Positions 35,527 to 47,200 of a stretch of 64,000 nucleotides of DNA are shown piece by piece (position 1 is the stretch's first letter; each line of letters begins with the position of its first letter). Location of the stretch: NCBI RefSeq assembly GCF_964204645.1, contig NC_134025.1, positions 19,257,101-19,321,100 of the forward strand, in the 5' to 3' direction. Position numbers and translations under genes: made by a program. Under the pieces are notes generated by a model. That model saw nothing but the letters and a program-made list of their open reading frames with translations, made no database searches and was not told where the DNA came from. Source of the DNA: Tubulanus polymorphus (lineage: Eukaryota > Animalia > Nemertea).

Positions 35527-35875
35527 ATTGGTTGAAAATTGTATAAAATAATAGTAAATAAAAAAGGGGGTTTTAAGTATTTAAGGTATTTAAGGCATCT
35601 AATACATATCTAATACATATCTAATACATATCATTTGAAAATACCTTAAATTATATTTCTTTTTTAAATTTATGTTGAAACCTCAGTAATAATAAATAAC
35701 CTTTATTATTTTCAAACTTATTCATATATTTGTTGAAAAAATAAAAATAAATTGGTTGAAAATTGTATAAATAATATTTATTTTAAAAAAGGGGGTTTTA
35801 AGTATTTAAGGTATCTAATAGGGTATCAGGTATTAGGGTATCTAATAGGGTATCTAATACATAGGTATACAAATA
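35527..35875. repeat. Duplicated intergenic module between the convergent gene blocks
   Basis: ATTGGTTGAAAATTGTATAAA...AAAAAGGGGGTTTTAAGTATTTAAGGTAT occurs at ~35527 and ~35751, each followed by (ATCTAATA...) short repeats. Confidence 0.8.
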
Positions 35876-35876
35876 G

Positions 35877-36485
35877 TTATTTTGTAAATTTATATTCATA
35901 TGGAAATTGTAATCTCAGTAATAATTTTGAACCTTTATTATTCTTTAATTTTTTCATATATTCATCATATAATTCTGTAGGTATAATTTGATTTTCTTCC
36001 AATGATTGTTGCATAGATTTTCTATCTTTATTGTAGAATAAAACTAGAAATCTTATATTCTCCCTAAAGTCTTTAACAATTAAATTATATTTTTGATTTA
36101 AAACCCATGTTGTTATCCTAAAATGTCTTCCAGAGAAAGCTAAATAACATAACTCACTTTCTCTCACTTTTGAATCATGTAAATTTGCGCAATCATCTAC
36201 AATGAATAATGTATTTGATCCTTTATAAGCATCAATTGCTATTTTTATACAATTATCTAAATTTTCTTTTACTGTTTTAGGATTTAATATAATAAACTTT
36301 TTCATCTTAACTATATCTCTATTATATGTTTTATTCATTTCATAAGTAGGACAAAATAATATGATATTATCAAAATGATTCTTATAAATAGTTTCTAACA
36401 AATCTAATATGAAATGTGTTTTACCACAATTGGTTACACCAGTAACTAACATATGCGGTTCAAATATAAATAAATCTTTATTCAT
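35877..36485 (-). CDS. A32/FtsK-like genome packaging ATPase
   Basis: Walker A GVTNCGKT, Walker B FIVDD, SGRHF arginine motif, LNQ sensor. Confidence 0.92.
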   Translation of the reverse strand: MNKDLFIFEPHMLVTGVTNCGKTHFILDLLETIYKNHFDNIILFCPTYEMNKTYNRDIVKMKKFIILNPKTVKENLDNCIKIAIDAYKGSNTLFIVDDCANLHDSKVRESELCYLAFSGRHFRITTWVLNQKYNLIVKDFRENIRFLVLFYNKDRKSMQQSLEENQIIPTELYDEYMKKLKNNKGSKLLLRLQFPYEYKFTK

Positions 36486-37326
36486 TTATTCTTTTAATTT
36501 CACTAGATAAAATCCATTCATTAAATTTATCATCGTATCCTTTATATTTCACCAAAGAATACTTTTTTCCTTCAAGAGTTTTTGTTTTCAATACTTTTTC
36601 TATTTTGTATTCTATTTCATCTGGATTTGGAACAAGTGATAATTCTTGTTCATAGAAATAACCTAATATTTCTTCATCTTTTAGATCTTCTAATTTATAA
36701 ACAAAAGGTCGATATATTTATATGTTTCATTAGCAGTAAAATATTTCCACATTCTAGTTTTCAATGTTTTATTAAATCTTTCTATAATAGATGCTTTTTT
36801 ATCTGAATGTGTTGAAAAATAATCTACATCGTTATCAGATAATAGTTTTTTAAAATGTTATAAAATTCCTTACCTTCATCAAATTGTATCTTATCTGGAA
36901 AAGCTTCTTTAAATATAGATTTAAAAGCATTTGTTACTTCTATTCCAGTTTTATTTTGATTGGAATTGACCATGCGTATCTACTGAATATGTCTATAACA
37001 TTTAATATCCAGAAATATCCTTTGTTGTGTTCTTCTGAGTTCTTCATGTCAATTAAATCAGCTTGCCATTGTTGATCAATATGTGAAACCATAACTTTTC
37101 TTGTTAAATAAGTTTTATCCATTTTCTTATGTATTTGATATGTGGGTTGGTTTTGTAACCATGATTTTAATTCACTATATTTTATATCACCGTGTGGGTG
37201 CCATACGGCACCACCACCATTTTCCTTATCAGATTTAATTTTATTCCATAATTCTGAAACGTTAGAATATGATACTTCACTTTCTGGGTTATAATATAAA
37301 TCTCTTAAATATTGTTCTTTTTTCAT
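36478..37326 (-). pseudogene. int: Retroviral-type (rve) integrase with C-terminal chromodomain; frameshifted and internally deleted
   Basis: WQADLIDM, IDIFSRYAW, then after a frameshift PDKIQFDEGKEFYN, and finally LVKYKGYDDKFNEWI. Confidence 0.9.
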
Positions 37327-37332
37327 CTTATT

Positions 37333-37815
37333 TTAATCCATTAATAATAATTTAGATTTAGTTTCAATGGTTTTATGATTTGACTTATTTTCTGGTATGA
37401 TAGGTTTATTGTCTGTACACGGATAACTAAGTTTCCGATCATCATTGGAATCATCTTTATCATCAAATTTGAATTTTGATTTATATATTACACCGGATAA
37501 TATAATAACTGTGATTAACCCAATTGTAATATATAATTTATAATTACTTCCAGCATTAGAAGAATCAGATGGATTATCATTCGAATCAATATCAGATAAT
37601 TTCTGTGATTCATTTATATCAGTTAATTCTTTTTTCTTAGCTTTTTTTAATTCTGAAGATCTTTTTCCTAATTCTCTTACCCATTTAATTTGTTTCTCTA
37701 TATCAGTTAATTTCTTTTTCTTAGCTTTTTTTAATTCTGAAGATCTTTTACCTAATTCTCTTGCCCATTTAATTTGTTTCTCGGATCTAGCCTTTTTCTT
37801 AACGTCATCACTCAT
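37333..37815 (-). CDS. Viral basic protein with one TM segment and a 28-aa internal duplication, 160 aa
   Basis: EKQIKW[AV]RELGKRSSELKKAKKK[KE]LTDI x2; TM LYITIGLITVIILSGVIY. Confidence 0.75.
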   Translation of the reverse strand: MSDDVKKKARSEKQIKWARELGKRSSELKKAKKKKLTDIEKQIKWVRELGKRSSELKKAKKKELTDINESQKLSDIDSNDNPSDSSNAGSNYKLYITIGLITVIILSGVIYKSKFKFDDKDDSNDDRKLSYPCTDNKPIIPENKSNHKTIETKSKLLLMD

Positions 37816-38410
37816 TTATTTTAGTTAATTTTTGTTCTGATTCATTTTTTGTTTCGACGTTTGGTTGTAGTACATCTGTTTCGTTCTTACCTGATTTATA
37901 TTCCATAGGCTTGATGTTCGAAAATGTTATGACACCAGTAGAAATTAATGTCATAACCGATCCTAATTGAAATGAAGCATAACCAACCCATTTTTGTAAT
38001 TCAGTCATAACTAAATAGTCATTTTTCAAATCACTATATAATTTATTTTCATCATCAATTGGTATTAACTGGTTACATAATTTTGAATAACATTTGACAA
38101 TACCATCACTTATAGAGTCGTTTATTCTAGCTAATCTAGCTTCTTCATAAATCTTAAAATATTTTATTACTTTATCTGGTTTCATAGAGTCTAGTTCTTG
38201 AAAAGTAATGATTCTATTTAAAAACTCATTAGTTTTTCCACCGGCAATCAATAGTTCTAGATGATGCTTACAATATAAATAGTATTCATAATCTATATTG
38301 TTATTAACTTGAATAGAATTAGAAACAACTGTATCTTTATTATCACTAATACCCAAATCATCTAATGTCTTTTCAATATCAATACTATTCTTATTAGATT
38401 TCTTTGACAT
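37808..38410 (-). CDS. Viral hypothetical protein, 200 aa, hydrophobic C-terminal segment
   Basis: Intact ORF with TATAAATG start; overlaps the next gene. Confidence 0.72.
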   Translation of the reverse strand: MSKKSNKNSIDIEKTLDDLGISDNKDTVVSNSIQVNNNIDYEYYLYCKHHLELLIAGGKTNEFLNRIITFQELDSMKPDKVIKYFKIYEEARLARINDSISDGIVKCYSKLCNQLIPIDDENKLYSDLKNDYLVMTELQKWVGYASFQLGSVMTLISTGVITFSNIKPMEYKSGKNETDVLQPNVETKNESEQKLTKINE

Positions 38411-39559
38411 TTATATTAGAGAAAAAAGCGAAAAAAATATAATAAGTATTCTTCAAATGATACTAGTATCTCTTTAGATTAATACTAGCTTAGTTAAAGG
38501 TAAAGAATTTTAGTATTAGTTATTGTTTTTTTAGTATTTTTTATTTGTGATATAAAGTATTCTTTTTTGAAAAGAAAATATTAAAAAAACAATAACTAAT
38601 ACTAGCTAGTTGAAGATATGTAATTTTTAATACTTTTTATTTAAATTAGGATTTAGATTATCTCACTACTATTGTTTATCTATAGGAGCAGTAATTATAA
38701 CTGTCCAGATAAGTCATTTCGGATTCTTGATAATAAATCCTAAAACTAAAAATAAATTCAAAGAAACGACTGGTGGAAATACTATTTCATAAACACATAT
38801 ATTTTATTCTACAATCATTATCGATTTCCACATTCCAAGCCGATCGGCTGAGGCCCGGTAAGTTATGCGTGGAATGCAGGAATCAATAAAGTACAATACA
38901 ACATCTGTCACTGTGTGTCATAAACAACAGCTTAATGACGCAATTGAAATTCCGACAAACGTAATGCATTGAAAGCCTATACAGTATGGCTAAACTGCTA
39001 CAGGCTCATGAGTTGAAATATCCATTATTTCTGATTCCACATCCATCTATCTTCACTTTCTTGATTCAATGGCCTTCATTTTGTTATCTAAAAGATAAAT
39101 ATCTAGCGTAGAATAAAACTAACTTGAAGTTGTAGTTGTAAAATATTAATTACAACACTTAAACATGGCCATTTGTGGCTCATCTTACCAGGATAAGTTT
39201 TACATGTTTAGCGTTTTCCAACGCCTTAATAACAACAAAAACAGTACTTACATTTATAACTGTAAACTCCTAAAATTGTGTTTATAGAGAGAATATCCTA
39301 TACGTTCCTATGCTTATGTGCTGCGCGTTTATAACTGCCAGTTATTCACTAGCTAAACACTATCTGGTGCAACAGATGTTCCTTTGTTCTTTTATGATTA
39401 ATCCTTTTCAACTGAAATAGCACATTCGATCAATATTCAAATGAGATACACCCTATTCAACTGAATATGAAATACGGCACAGATGTTTTTGTAAACAACC
39501 TAATACAATTACATACAGGCGGTTTGACATAGATCGAGAGTAACCGGTTTTGTAAGCGT

Positions 39560-40291
39560 TTAATATTCAACGTATTTTTCATTATGTGTTGAGTTCCATA
39601 ATTCAACAAATGTCTTTGCTTTATCCAGTTGATCTAAATATAACTGTAAATCTAGTTTATTAGATTTAATTATGTTTTCCTTCTTTTCTAAAGGTCTTAA
39701 ATTCTTCCAGCACCAGATTAGCTTCTTATTATAATCATCACTCATGTCAAATTTAGAAATTGGCAACACATGATCAATATGAAAGTATTCACCATAATTA
39801 TCTATATTCATTTTATCATCGAATTGATATATTATCCATGATTTTAAGAATTCATCTGTACAACCCAACAAATTAGATAATGTTTCTGAATGTGTTTCTT
39901 TGTTGAATAATTGTGTTAATCTAATTCTCAAACATTGTTTCAATTTGTAATTAAAATCTGTATGATATTTTTCCTTATAATAATTTCTATTATACACTTT
40001 AATATGTTCTAAATGATTTTCTTTCCATTGCTTATTTTTATCTTTGCGTGTTTCAGTATTATTTCTATAATTTTGTTTGTCACTTAGTTTACTACAAGTT
40101 TTACAATAACTTTGCTTACCATCTTTCTGAGTTTTATAATTATAATATTCCGAGAGTTGTTTATTTATTTTACATTTAGAACATTTCTTATTGTTTATAT
40201 TTATAGTTTGTGTACTTTCCACACATCTGGAATTATCTGACGATCTCATCTCGGTAAAGTTAAAAGTTATTTTTCCAAAAATATCCGACAA
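39560..40291 (-). CDS. HNH endonuclease with N-terminal CxxC zinc ribbon (giant-virus/homing type); likely ATG at ~40248
   Basis: CSKC...KDGKQSYCKTC, FHIDHVLPISKFD, WKNLRPL...ENIIKSNK. Confidence 0.85.
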   Translation of the reverse strand: MSDIFGKITFNFTEMRSSDNSRCVESTQTININNKKCSKCKINKQLSEYYNYKTQKDGKQSYCKTCSKLSDKQNYRNNTETRKDKNKQWKENHLEHIKVYNRNYYKEKYHTDFNYKLKQCLRIRLTQLFNKETHSETLSNLLGCTDEFLKSWIIYQFDDKMNIDNYGEYFHIDHVLPISKFDMSDDYNKKLIWCWKNLRPLEKKENIIKSNKLDLQLYLDQLDKAKTFVELWNSTHNEKYVEY

Positions 40292-40485
40292 AATATGTAA
40301 AATATGAACCCAGCAGGCATTTATTACTGATATAATATGATTTCAATGGTTAAAATCGATATAGAATAAATAAATATGTTATATTTAATTTCATCTCGGT
40401 TGATCTCGGTTCATCTCGGTAAAATACATCATCTCGGTAATAAGGATGACCGCCTGCGATCTGCCCTCACAAAGCGGTAGACAAA

Positions 40486-41136
40486 ATGATTCGACCATAC
40501 GGAAACATCCTTACGGGATCCTATCACCCGACGATAGGAAAAACAACATTTCAGAACGGTGAGAAACGTATACTGGAGGTAGCTATTACATCACCTATCC
40601 CACGGAATATAACTTTTGATTCGAAACGTTATGGATTACTTCTTGTAAGGGTTTATTACAACGGTCAGCCTGAACATTGCGTGATATGTGGACAATTTAA
40701 TCACACCTGGGTTGAGTGCAACATTGCATGTACTCATCCAACCCATACACCCGATCGATGCCGTCAAATCCATTTCCGACAGACCGTTTCTTTAACATTG
40801 ATGAAAAAAGGAAACCCAACACCGTCGACAGAAATGGCCGTTGTCACTGATGAGTCGAGAAAGAGGCCATCATCTCCAACTGAACTTTCTCAAACGCCGA
40901 AGAAGTCGCACAAGTCAAAGGCGCCTTCGGAAGATGAGAAGTCCCCGATAATCGACCTGGAGAAGCCAGCCCAAACTGAAGACGAAGAATCTGACACGGA
41001 CGATGCGAGAGAAACTGCTGCAAAGCCAACAAATTCAAGCACTGCACTACCCGCACCAGTCCGACCACAGAAAAAGAGTCAACCAAAGAGTCAGCCAAAA
41101 AGTCAACCAAAACCAAAGACTAAAAGATCAAATTAA
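40486..41136 (+). CDS. Tx1/L1 ORF1 (partial)
   Basis: VYYNGQPEHCVICGQFNHTWVEC zinc knuckle followed by a low-complexity tail. Confidence 0.8.
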   Translation: MIRPYGNILTGSYHPTIGKTTFQNGEKRILEVAITSPIPRNITFDSKRYGLLLVRVYYNGQPEHCVICGQFNHTWVECNIACTHPTHTPDRCRQIHFRQTVSLTLMKKGNPTPSTEMAVVTDESRKRPSSPTELSQTPKKSHKSKAPSEDEKSPIIDLEKPAQTEDEESDTDDARETAAKPTNSSTALPAPVRPQKKSQPKSQPKSQPKPKTKRSN

Positions 41137-41184
41137 GGTGATGTAGAATTTTCACTAATTATGTAGGTAAAAAAAGGACATACA

Positions 41185-44100
41185 ATGGCGGATACTTTAG
41201 AATGTATAAGATTACTATCACTAAATTGCAACGGCTTAGTTTACTCGAATGCTCGAATTTTTGGCATTTTTGAAAGACTTAAAAACTATGATATATTTTT
41301 ACTTCAAGAAACTCACATATCGAATGATTATGAAATTCAAAAAATATTTAAGCCCTTGAGGAAAGATTTTGAGATTATATATAATATTATAAACGAAAGG
41401 AAATGTGGAGTAACCATAGGTATTCGAAAATCTTTAGAATATACAATTTTAGATAAGACTATAGACAGACAAGGGAGATTGATATCCTTGAAAATATCCT
41501 TGTTCAGCGAAATTTACAATATCGTAAACGTATATGCCCCAAATGAGGAACGTGATAGGAAAATTTTCCTAAGCAATATCAGTAATTATCTTAATCTCAA
41601 CCCTAATGAGCGTACAATAATAGCAGGGGACTTTAATTGTATAGAAAGTCCCATAGATCGTGATTCAACATCCGTCAATTCTTCAATACGAAGTGGCTCC
41701 GAACAATTAGCCAATTTATGTCAACAAAACAGATTAGCAGACGCTTACAGACTTAAAAACCCAGACACAACAGCTTTCTCTAGAGTAGCAAAACGCAATA
41801 ACAATGTCATTAAAACAAGAATAGATCGATTCTATGTGTCAGACACTTTACAATCAGACATAGAACAGGTGAAACACGTCAACTCTATTCATTCCGATCA
41901 CAAGATCGTCGAATTGACAATAAACACTTCTCAAGTCAAACGTGGCAAGGGATACTGGCATCTCAACAAAGAACTACTTAAAAACCCTAATTACATCACT
42001 ATGATAACAGACTTTTGGGCACAGTGGCAAAATCACAAACAGTTTTATGACTCAATTATTGAATGGTGGGAAGAGGGCAAAACTCAGATAAAACAAAGAT
42101 CTATAAAATTTGCATCGGAACTCCGGAGAATTAAAAACAATCTTAAGGAATCATTAGAATCTGAATTATTCATTCTCGAAAAACTTTCTGATATAGGAGT
42201 AAACACTAACCAAAATCAAATTGAATATCTCACCAAGCGTATTCGTTATTTCGAAATTGAAAAAGCAAAAAGTGCTATGATTAGATCTAAGATTCTGTGG
42301 AGAGAATTCGGAGAGAAAACAAGTACTTTCTTTGCGAATTATGAAAAACAACGCGCTAAAAAGAATCACATCTTGACTCTCAAAAATAATCTAGGTGAAA
42401 TTAAAACCGGACAAAAAGACATTGAAAAAATTCAACTCAAATTCTATAAAGACTTATATCGAAAAGAAGAAACGGATTTAGAAACCCAAAATATATTCCT
42501 GACTAATTTACCTCAAATCTCTAATCAAGAGAAACTTCAGCATGACTCCGAAATAGATATGGACGAATTAACAAATTCAGTAAAATCTTTTCAAAATAAT
42601 AAGTCCCCTGGTATAGACGGACTACCTGTTGAATTTTACAGAATATTTTGGCATACTCTCCGAAATGACTTCCTACAATTAATACATGCGTGTATACAAG
42701 AAAATAGACTTTCTAAATCAATGCAAACTGGTATTATATCATTAATTCATAAGAAAAATGACAAAACAGATTTGAAAAATTGGAGACCAATCTCGTTACT
42801 ATGTACAGATTACAAAATATTCACAAAAGTTCTCGCTAACAGATTAATTAACTGCCTAACAGACATAATACACCCAGATCAGACATGTAGTGTAAAGGGA
42901 CGTCGAATCCAAGACAATGGCCATATAATTAGAGACTTAATTGATTACGTTAATAATGATAATTTAGAAGCATTTTTAGTAACAATCGATCAAATGAAAG
43001 CTTTCGATCGCGTTGACTGGCAATATATGTTCAAAACTTTAGAATCTTTCGGTTTTGGAGAAAATCTAATTCGATACATCAAAACTTGCTATTCAAATCC
43101 AAAATCTAGAATCAAAAGTAACGGCTTCTTAACTCAACCATTCACTTTAGAAAGAGGCGTAAGACAGGGGTGTCCCATGAGTGCAATACTCTACATAATA
43201 GCAGCGGAACCATTAGCAATTAAAATACGCGAAAATAACAACATTAAAGGAGTGAAATTACCAGACGACACAGAAATCATACAATACGCAGATGACACTA
43301 CACTATGTCTAACCGACTTAGAATCATTGAATCAAGCCTTTACAACTTTAACTTTATTTGAACGAGCATCGGGTGCAAAAATTAATAAAGACAAAACTGA
43401 GTGTATGTGGTTAGGATCTTGGAAAACTAGAGGCAACTACAAAGCATTTAACGAAACACCATTAACAAATAGATTAAACCACACATGTATATACAATGCG
43501 ATTCCGCAACATTGGAAACTAATTCTATCTGACCAAAATTTAGATCCTGGTGAATTACCAAAAATCTATGTGCAATTTGATAATATAGACTGTACTATAG
43601 GAAAACTTTCATCATCCCAAATTTATAGAATACTATTATTAAAAAATCTCCATCAAATCACACCGATTGGGCAAACCAAAATTACTGAACTTTTAAATAC
43701 TGATCTGAATTGGCCGGAAATTTGGAATGAAGTTTATAATAAACATATCGATAGACGATTTAGTGATATTCATTGGAAATTACTACATAATACTCTTGCA
43801 ACAGCTTCAAAATTAGTACGGAAAATTAAAACTGATCCAAATTATAAATTTGTGGACGCGCGGCAACGAATGACCATGTAGTATATTCATGCACAGAAGC
43901 ACAGCAATTATATTCACGTATACAACCAATCTTTCAACGCATACTAAACGCACCTATAAACATCACTCAAGACATCGTCTACACAGGAATTACTAAAACA
44001 ATAGAAAGAGACTTCTTCAAACGCACACTCGCGAACTATCTTTTGTTTCTCGCACAATCCATTTTGTACAAAAATCATTACAATCTAGAACAAGGCTCTA

Positions 44101-44279
44101 GCCGCATCAACACTATAATTTATTTCAAAAACTCACTAATAGATCGCCTAAACCAAGAAATCATGCTTCAACAAAACCTTCATATTTGGAGTCTTAACAA
44201 TATACTTATACATCTGGACGCAAGCGGACTGAATGCAGTAAACAGAATCACAATCGATACCATTAGCGTAGTCTATTAA
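41185..44279 (+). pseudogene. Tx1/L1 ORF2 endonuclease-reverse transcriptase, with internal deletion and frameshifted C-terminus
   Basis: LQETH, AGDFN, SDHK, KSPGIDG, NWRPISLL, KAFDRV, GVRQGCP, YADD. The post-RT region is shortened. Confidence 0.92.
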
Positions 44280-47200
44280 TTAAACCCATCGCCATTTTCT
44301 TTTATTAATTACACCTACATACCCCGATTTTGACACTTGAGGTATGTTCTGATATGGATCGAACCGGAACGACGGTCTATCAATACGCATAGAACTGTCT
44401 GACCACTTTTGCTTTATTTCACCACATGCGCATTACAGTAAGTTTACTGTTTCTGATGTTTTGACTGTAAACTCAGTCTCATTGCCGCGATAGCTGGAAA
44501 GCTGCCTCCTTTTTGGCTTCAGTATAGCAAGCTCAGTCTATTTGCGCGTGGTGGTGGCTGGAAAGTTGCCTCTTGACATCAGTCTCATTAAAAACTACCA
44601 AAAACCTAATCGTGACAATGGAAATAAAACCCGATGAAGACTGTATATTCGTAAGTGTACAAATATGTATTCAATATTCACGTGCCTGTGCCGCTTTCTT
44701 ACTGACGGTCCATCAATGCGCATAGCACTGTCCGTTTGATTGCGACGCATCCACAGACCTACCTATGCACTGTATATTAGAAACACAAAACTGCTCCCGT
44801 GTAAAAACTTTTCTTTTTAGGCAAACTCAGCACCAGATGTGAAGTACCGATTGCGCTCCCCTTGACGGAGAAACCCATCCTCATCGGAGCTGCACCGTCG
44901 ATGTCATAAACTACACTTCGGATACCCAAGGACCATACTCTCGTCTGGAAAATTTGCGTTTCGAAATGTGCTTCCTTTCTATCTAGTCAACACGCGGAAC
45001 AATCAACTTAGAGGACTTCTACATCAACATCTACCCGAGAAAAAAAAAACCACAATAAACTATCGGACTATTTACACGTAGAAAACGACCAAAAAATATA
45101 ATAATGGACAAAATGATCTTCACCCTTGTAAATTAGCTATTTCCAAAATCTTGATGTATTAAATTAGGCAGCCAGAAAAATTCACCCCAATCAGTCGCTT
45201 GCCGTTTCAGACTGCTTGGAAGATTGTTTGAATGAACCGGAATCGAATTTCCAATTATGTACTTCGATTTAAAAAAGAAAATTCTGTAAATTAGACCGCC
45301 GAGCAAACAACTATATCTGTACTTCGATTTCCGATTTCAAAATCAAACCCCCTGTTTCGCTCCCGGCAGGTGTGGTGGGTCTGTAAGGGACACTCAATCA
45401 AAAAATCTAACGAAATTTACAAACCAAATAAACAACAGGGACTATCCCTATTTTAAGATCAAGAAATGAACCTGCGTGAACTTTCGCAACGCGAAGGTGC
45501 AGTTTATTTGGTCACTTAAAGGATCATTTGTATTTTTGGCGATGAGAGGTGTTCAAATGGTCTTGATGAAAGCTGAAAATCTAAGATATATAAATCGGTA
45601 TTAAAGAATGAATGTATTTCTCTATTACTCATTCGGGATTCGAACCTAGCACATACGTACAAGTAAACCAGATGACTATTAAAGTTCATTATTTCATATT
45701 CGGGATGCTATAACTTTTTTTACTCAGCAAACAATAAACCAGCGTCATCAAAGTTGTAACGCTTGAAAAACAAGCAGTAATTTTCGGGATTTTAACCTAA
45801 TAACGCCGCTTTTAAGATGAACCAGCGTAAAAAAATCAATATTTTTACGGGATTCGAAGTTTATGACAAGAAAGAAATTCTAAAAATGGGCTCGCTGACA
45901 TATGGTTGAACTGAAAGCTTGCTAGGTGGTTTTGTATTTCTGTAGTAGAATTCATCAAACTTTGAACTGATTACTTGTTAAAGAGCTAAGAGATCGGTGT
46001 TGTCTTACATCGTTACATAAAATGTTAGACACGGGGACTGGGGATCAGAATGGTTTTATTGTAGACGCGGACCAAGTTAGTGCAAGCTTTTGGATAGTTG
46101 TTATCTGAATATTGCAGTGTCTTAGCAGAATCTATCATCATGTTGTAATTGCTAGATTACGTGGAAATGATTTTGTAGAGAAAAATTTACAGCTGAAAGA
46201 AAAAACGTGACTAACTCGAGTGACTTCAGGTGAAGAGTAGCGAACACGAAAATAGATAAGTGCCACGATTTTTCTTTTTAAAATAATATAGACATTAAGC
46301 AAGATTAAGTTACATTTCCTTCAAATGAAATCCACTACGATCATCCGATAAAGTTTATTGCCACCATAGGCTACCAGGCTCTTTGAAAAGACAGGGAACC
46401 AGTCTTCGATTCAATTCAGAATTTATTCTACATAAAAGCGCTTTTTAAGTTTTAGATATTTAAACTGAAAAATATAAATGTTCATACAGAGATTTTACAA
46501 ATGGCTGCTAACGCAAGCACCCAATGAAAGTAAAAGAAAATTAAAAGAATTTTTAAAAAACTTGAAAGTAAATGTTTCATTGTGAAATTTTGTGTTAATA
46601 ATGAATGAATTGAATTGCTTGATTAGATACGATACAGTGTAAATATTATTACATTGTAGAAAGTTTTTAAAAAGTAACAGCGTGTGATCAACAATTCAAT
46701 TTCATTTCATCGTTTCACTTAGGGTGTACTCTATCAGATAGGAGAATCCGTTTGCCTCCAATTGTACTCTTTTATTGGTCACGTGACTTTTTGGAGAGTC
46801 AAAAACCTCCTTTCTGTCGAGGTGGTGTGATTCCGAGTTTGTGTCGAGCCAACCAGAGATTTCAGATGGAGACTTCGGAGGTCATAAAAGAGTACACCCT
46901 TGGGATCCTTTCACTTGTTCATCTTTTTACCTTTTCATTGTTTCACCTTTCCATCGTTCCATCTTTTTATCACCGGGTGTCTTTAGTAATTTTATCATCA
47001 TTTCACTATCTTTTCATCATCTTTTCACTATCATTTCATCATCTTTTTGTTATCTTTCAAAGTAATGCTATATTTTAGTGGTTATCGCCCACCATAAAAT
47101 ATACAACGTATCGGTTCACAGCTTAACCAACACAACCGAGTAAAAGTAAAAGATCGCAAAGGTGGCTACCTAACTCAACGCGACAAACCGTTAGCGAACC

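Larger units (their letters stand above)
23264..38410 (+). mobile_element. Endogenous Polinton/Maverick (adintovirus-type) DNA virus, partly decayed; may extend to ~40440
   Basis: Very AT-rich, intronless and densely packed, with pPolB, minor and major capsid proteins, ATPase and integrase. No right TIR or TSD was found. Confidence 0.93.
40441..45050 (+). mobile_element. L1/Tx1-clade LINE, 5'-truncated; 3' end approximate
   Basis: ORF1 with CCHC knuckle, ORF2 with APE and RT, a long 3' region, and an A-run at ~45040. Confidence 0.88.
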
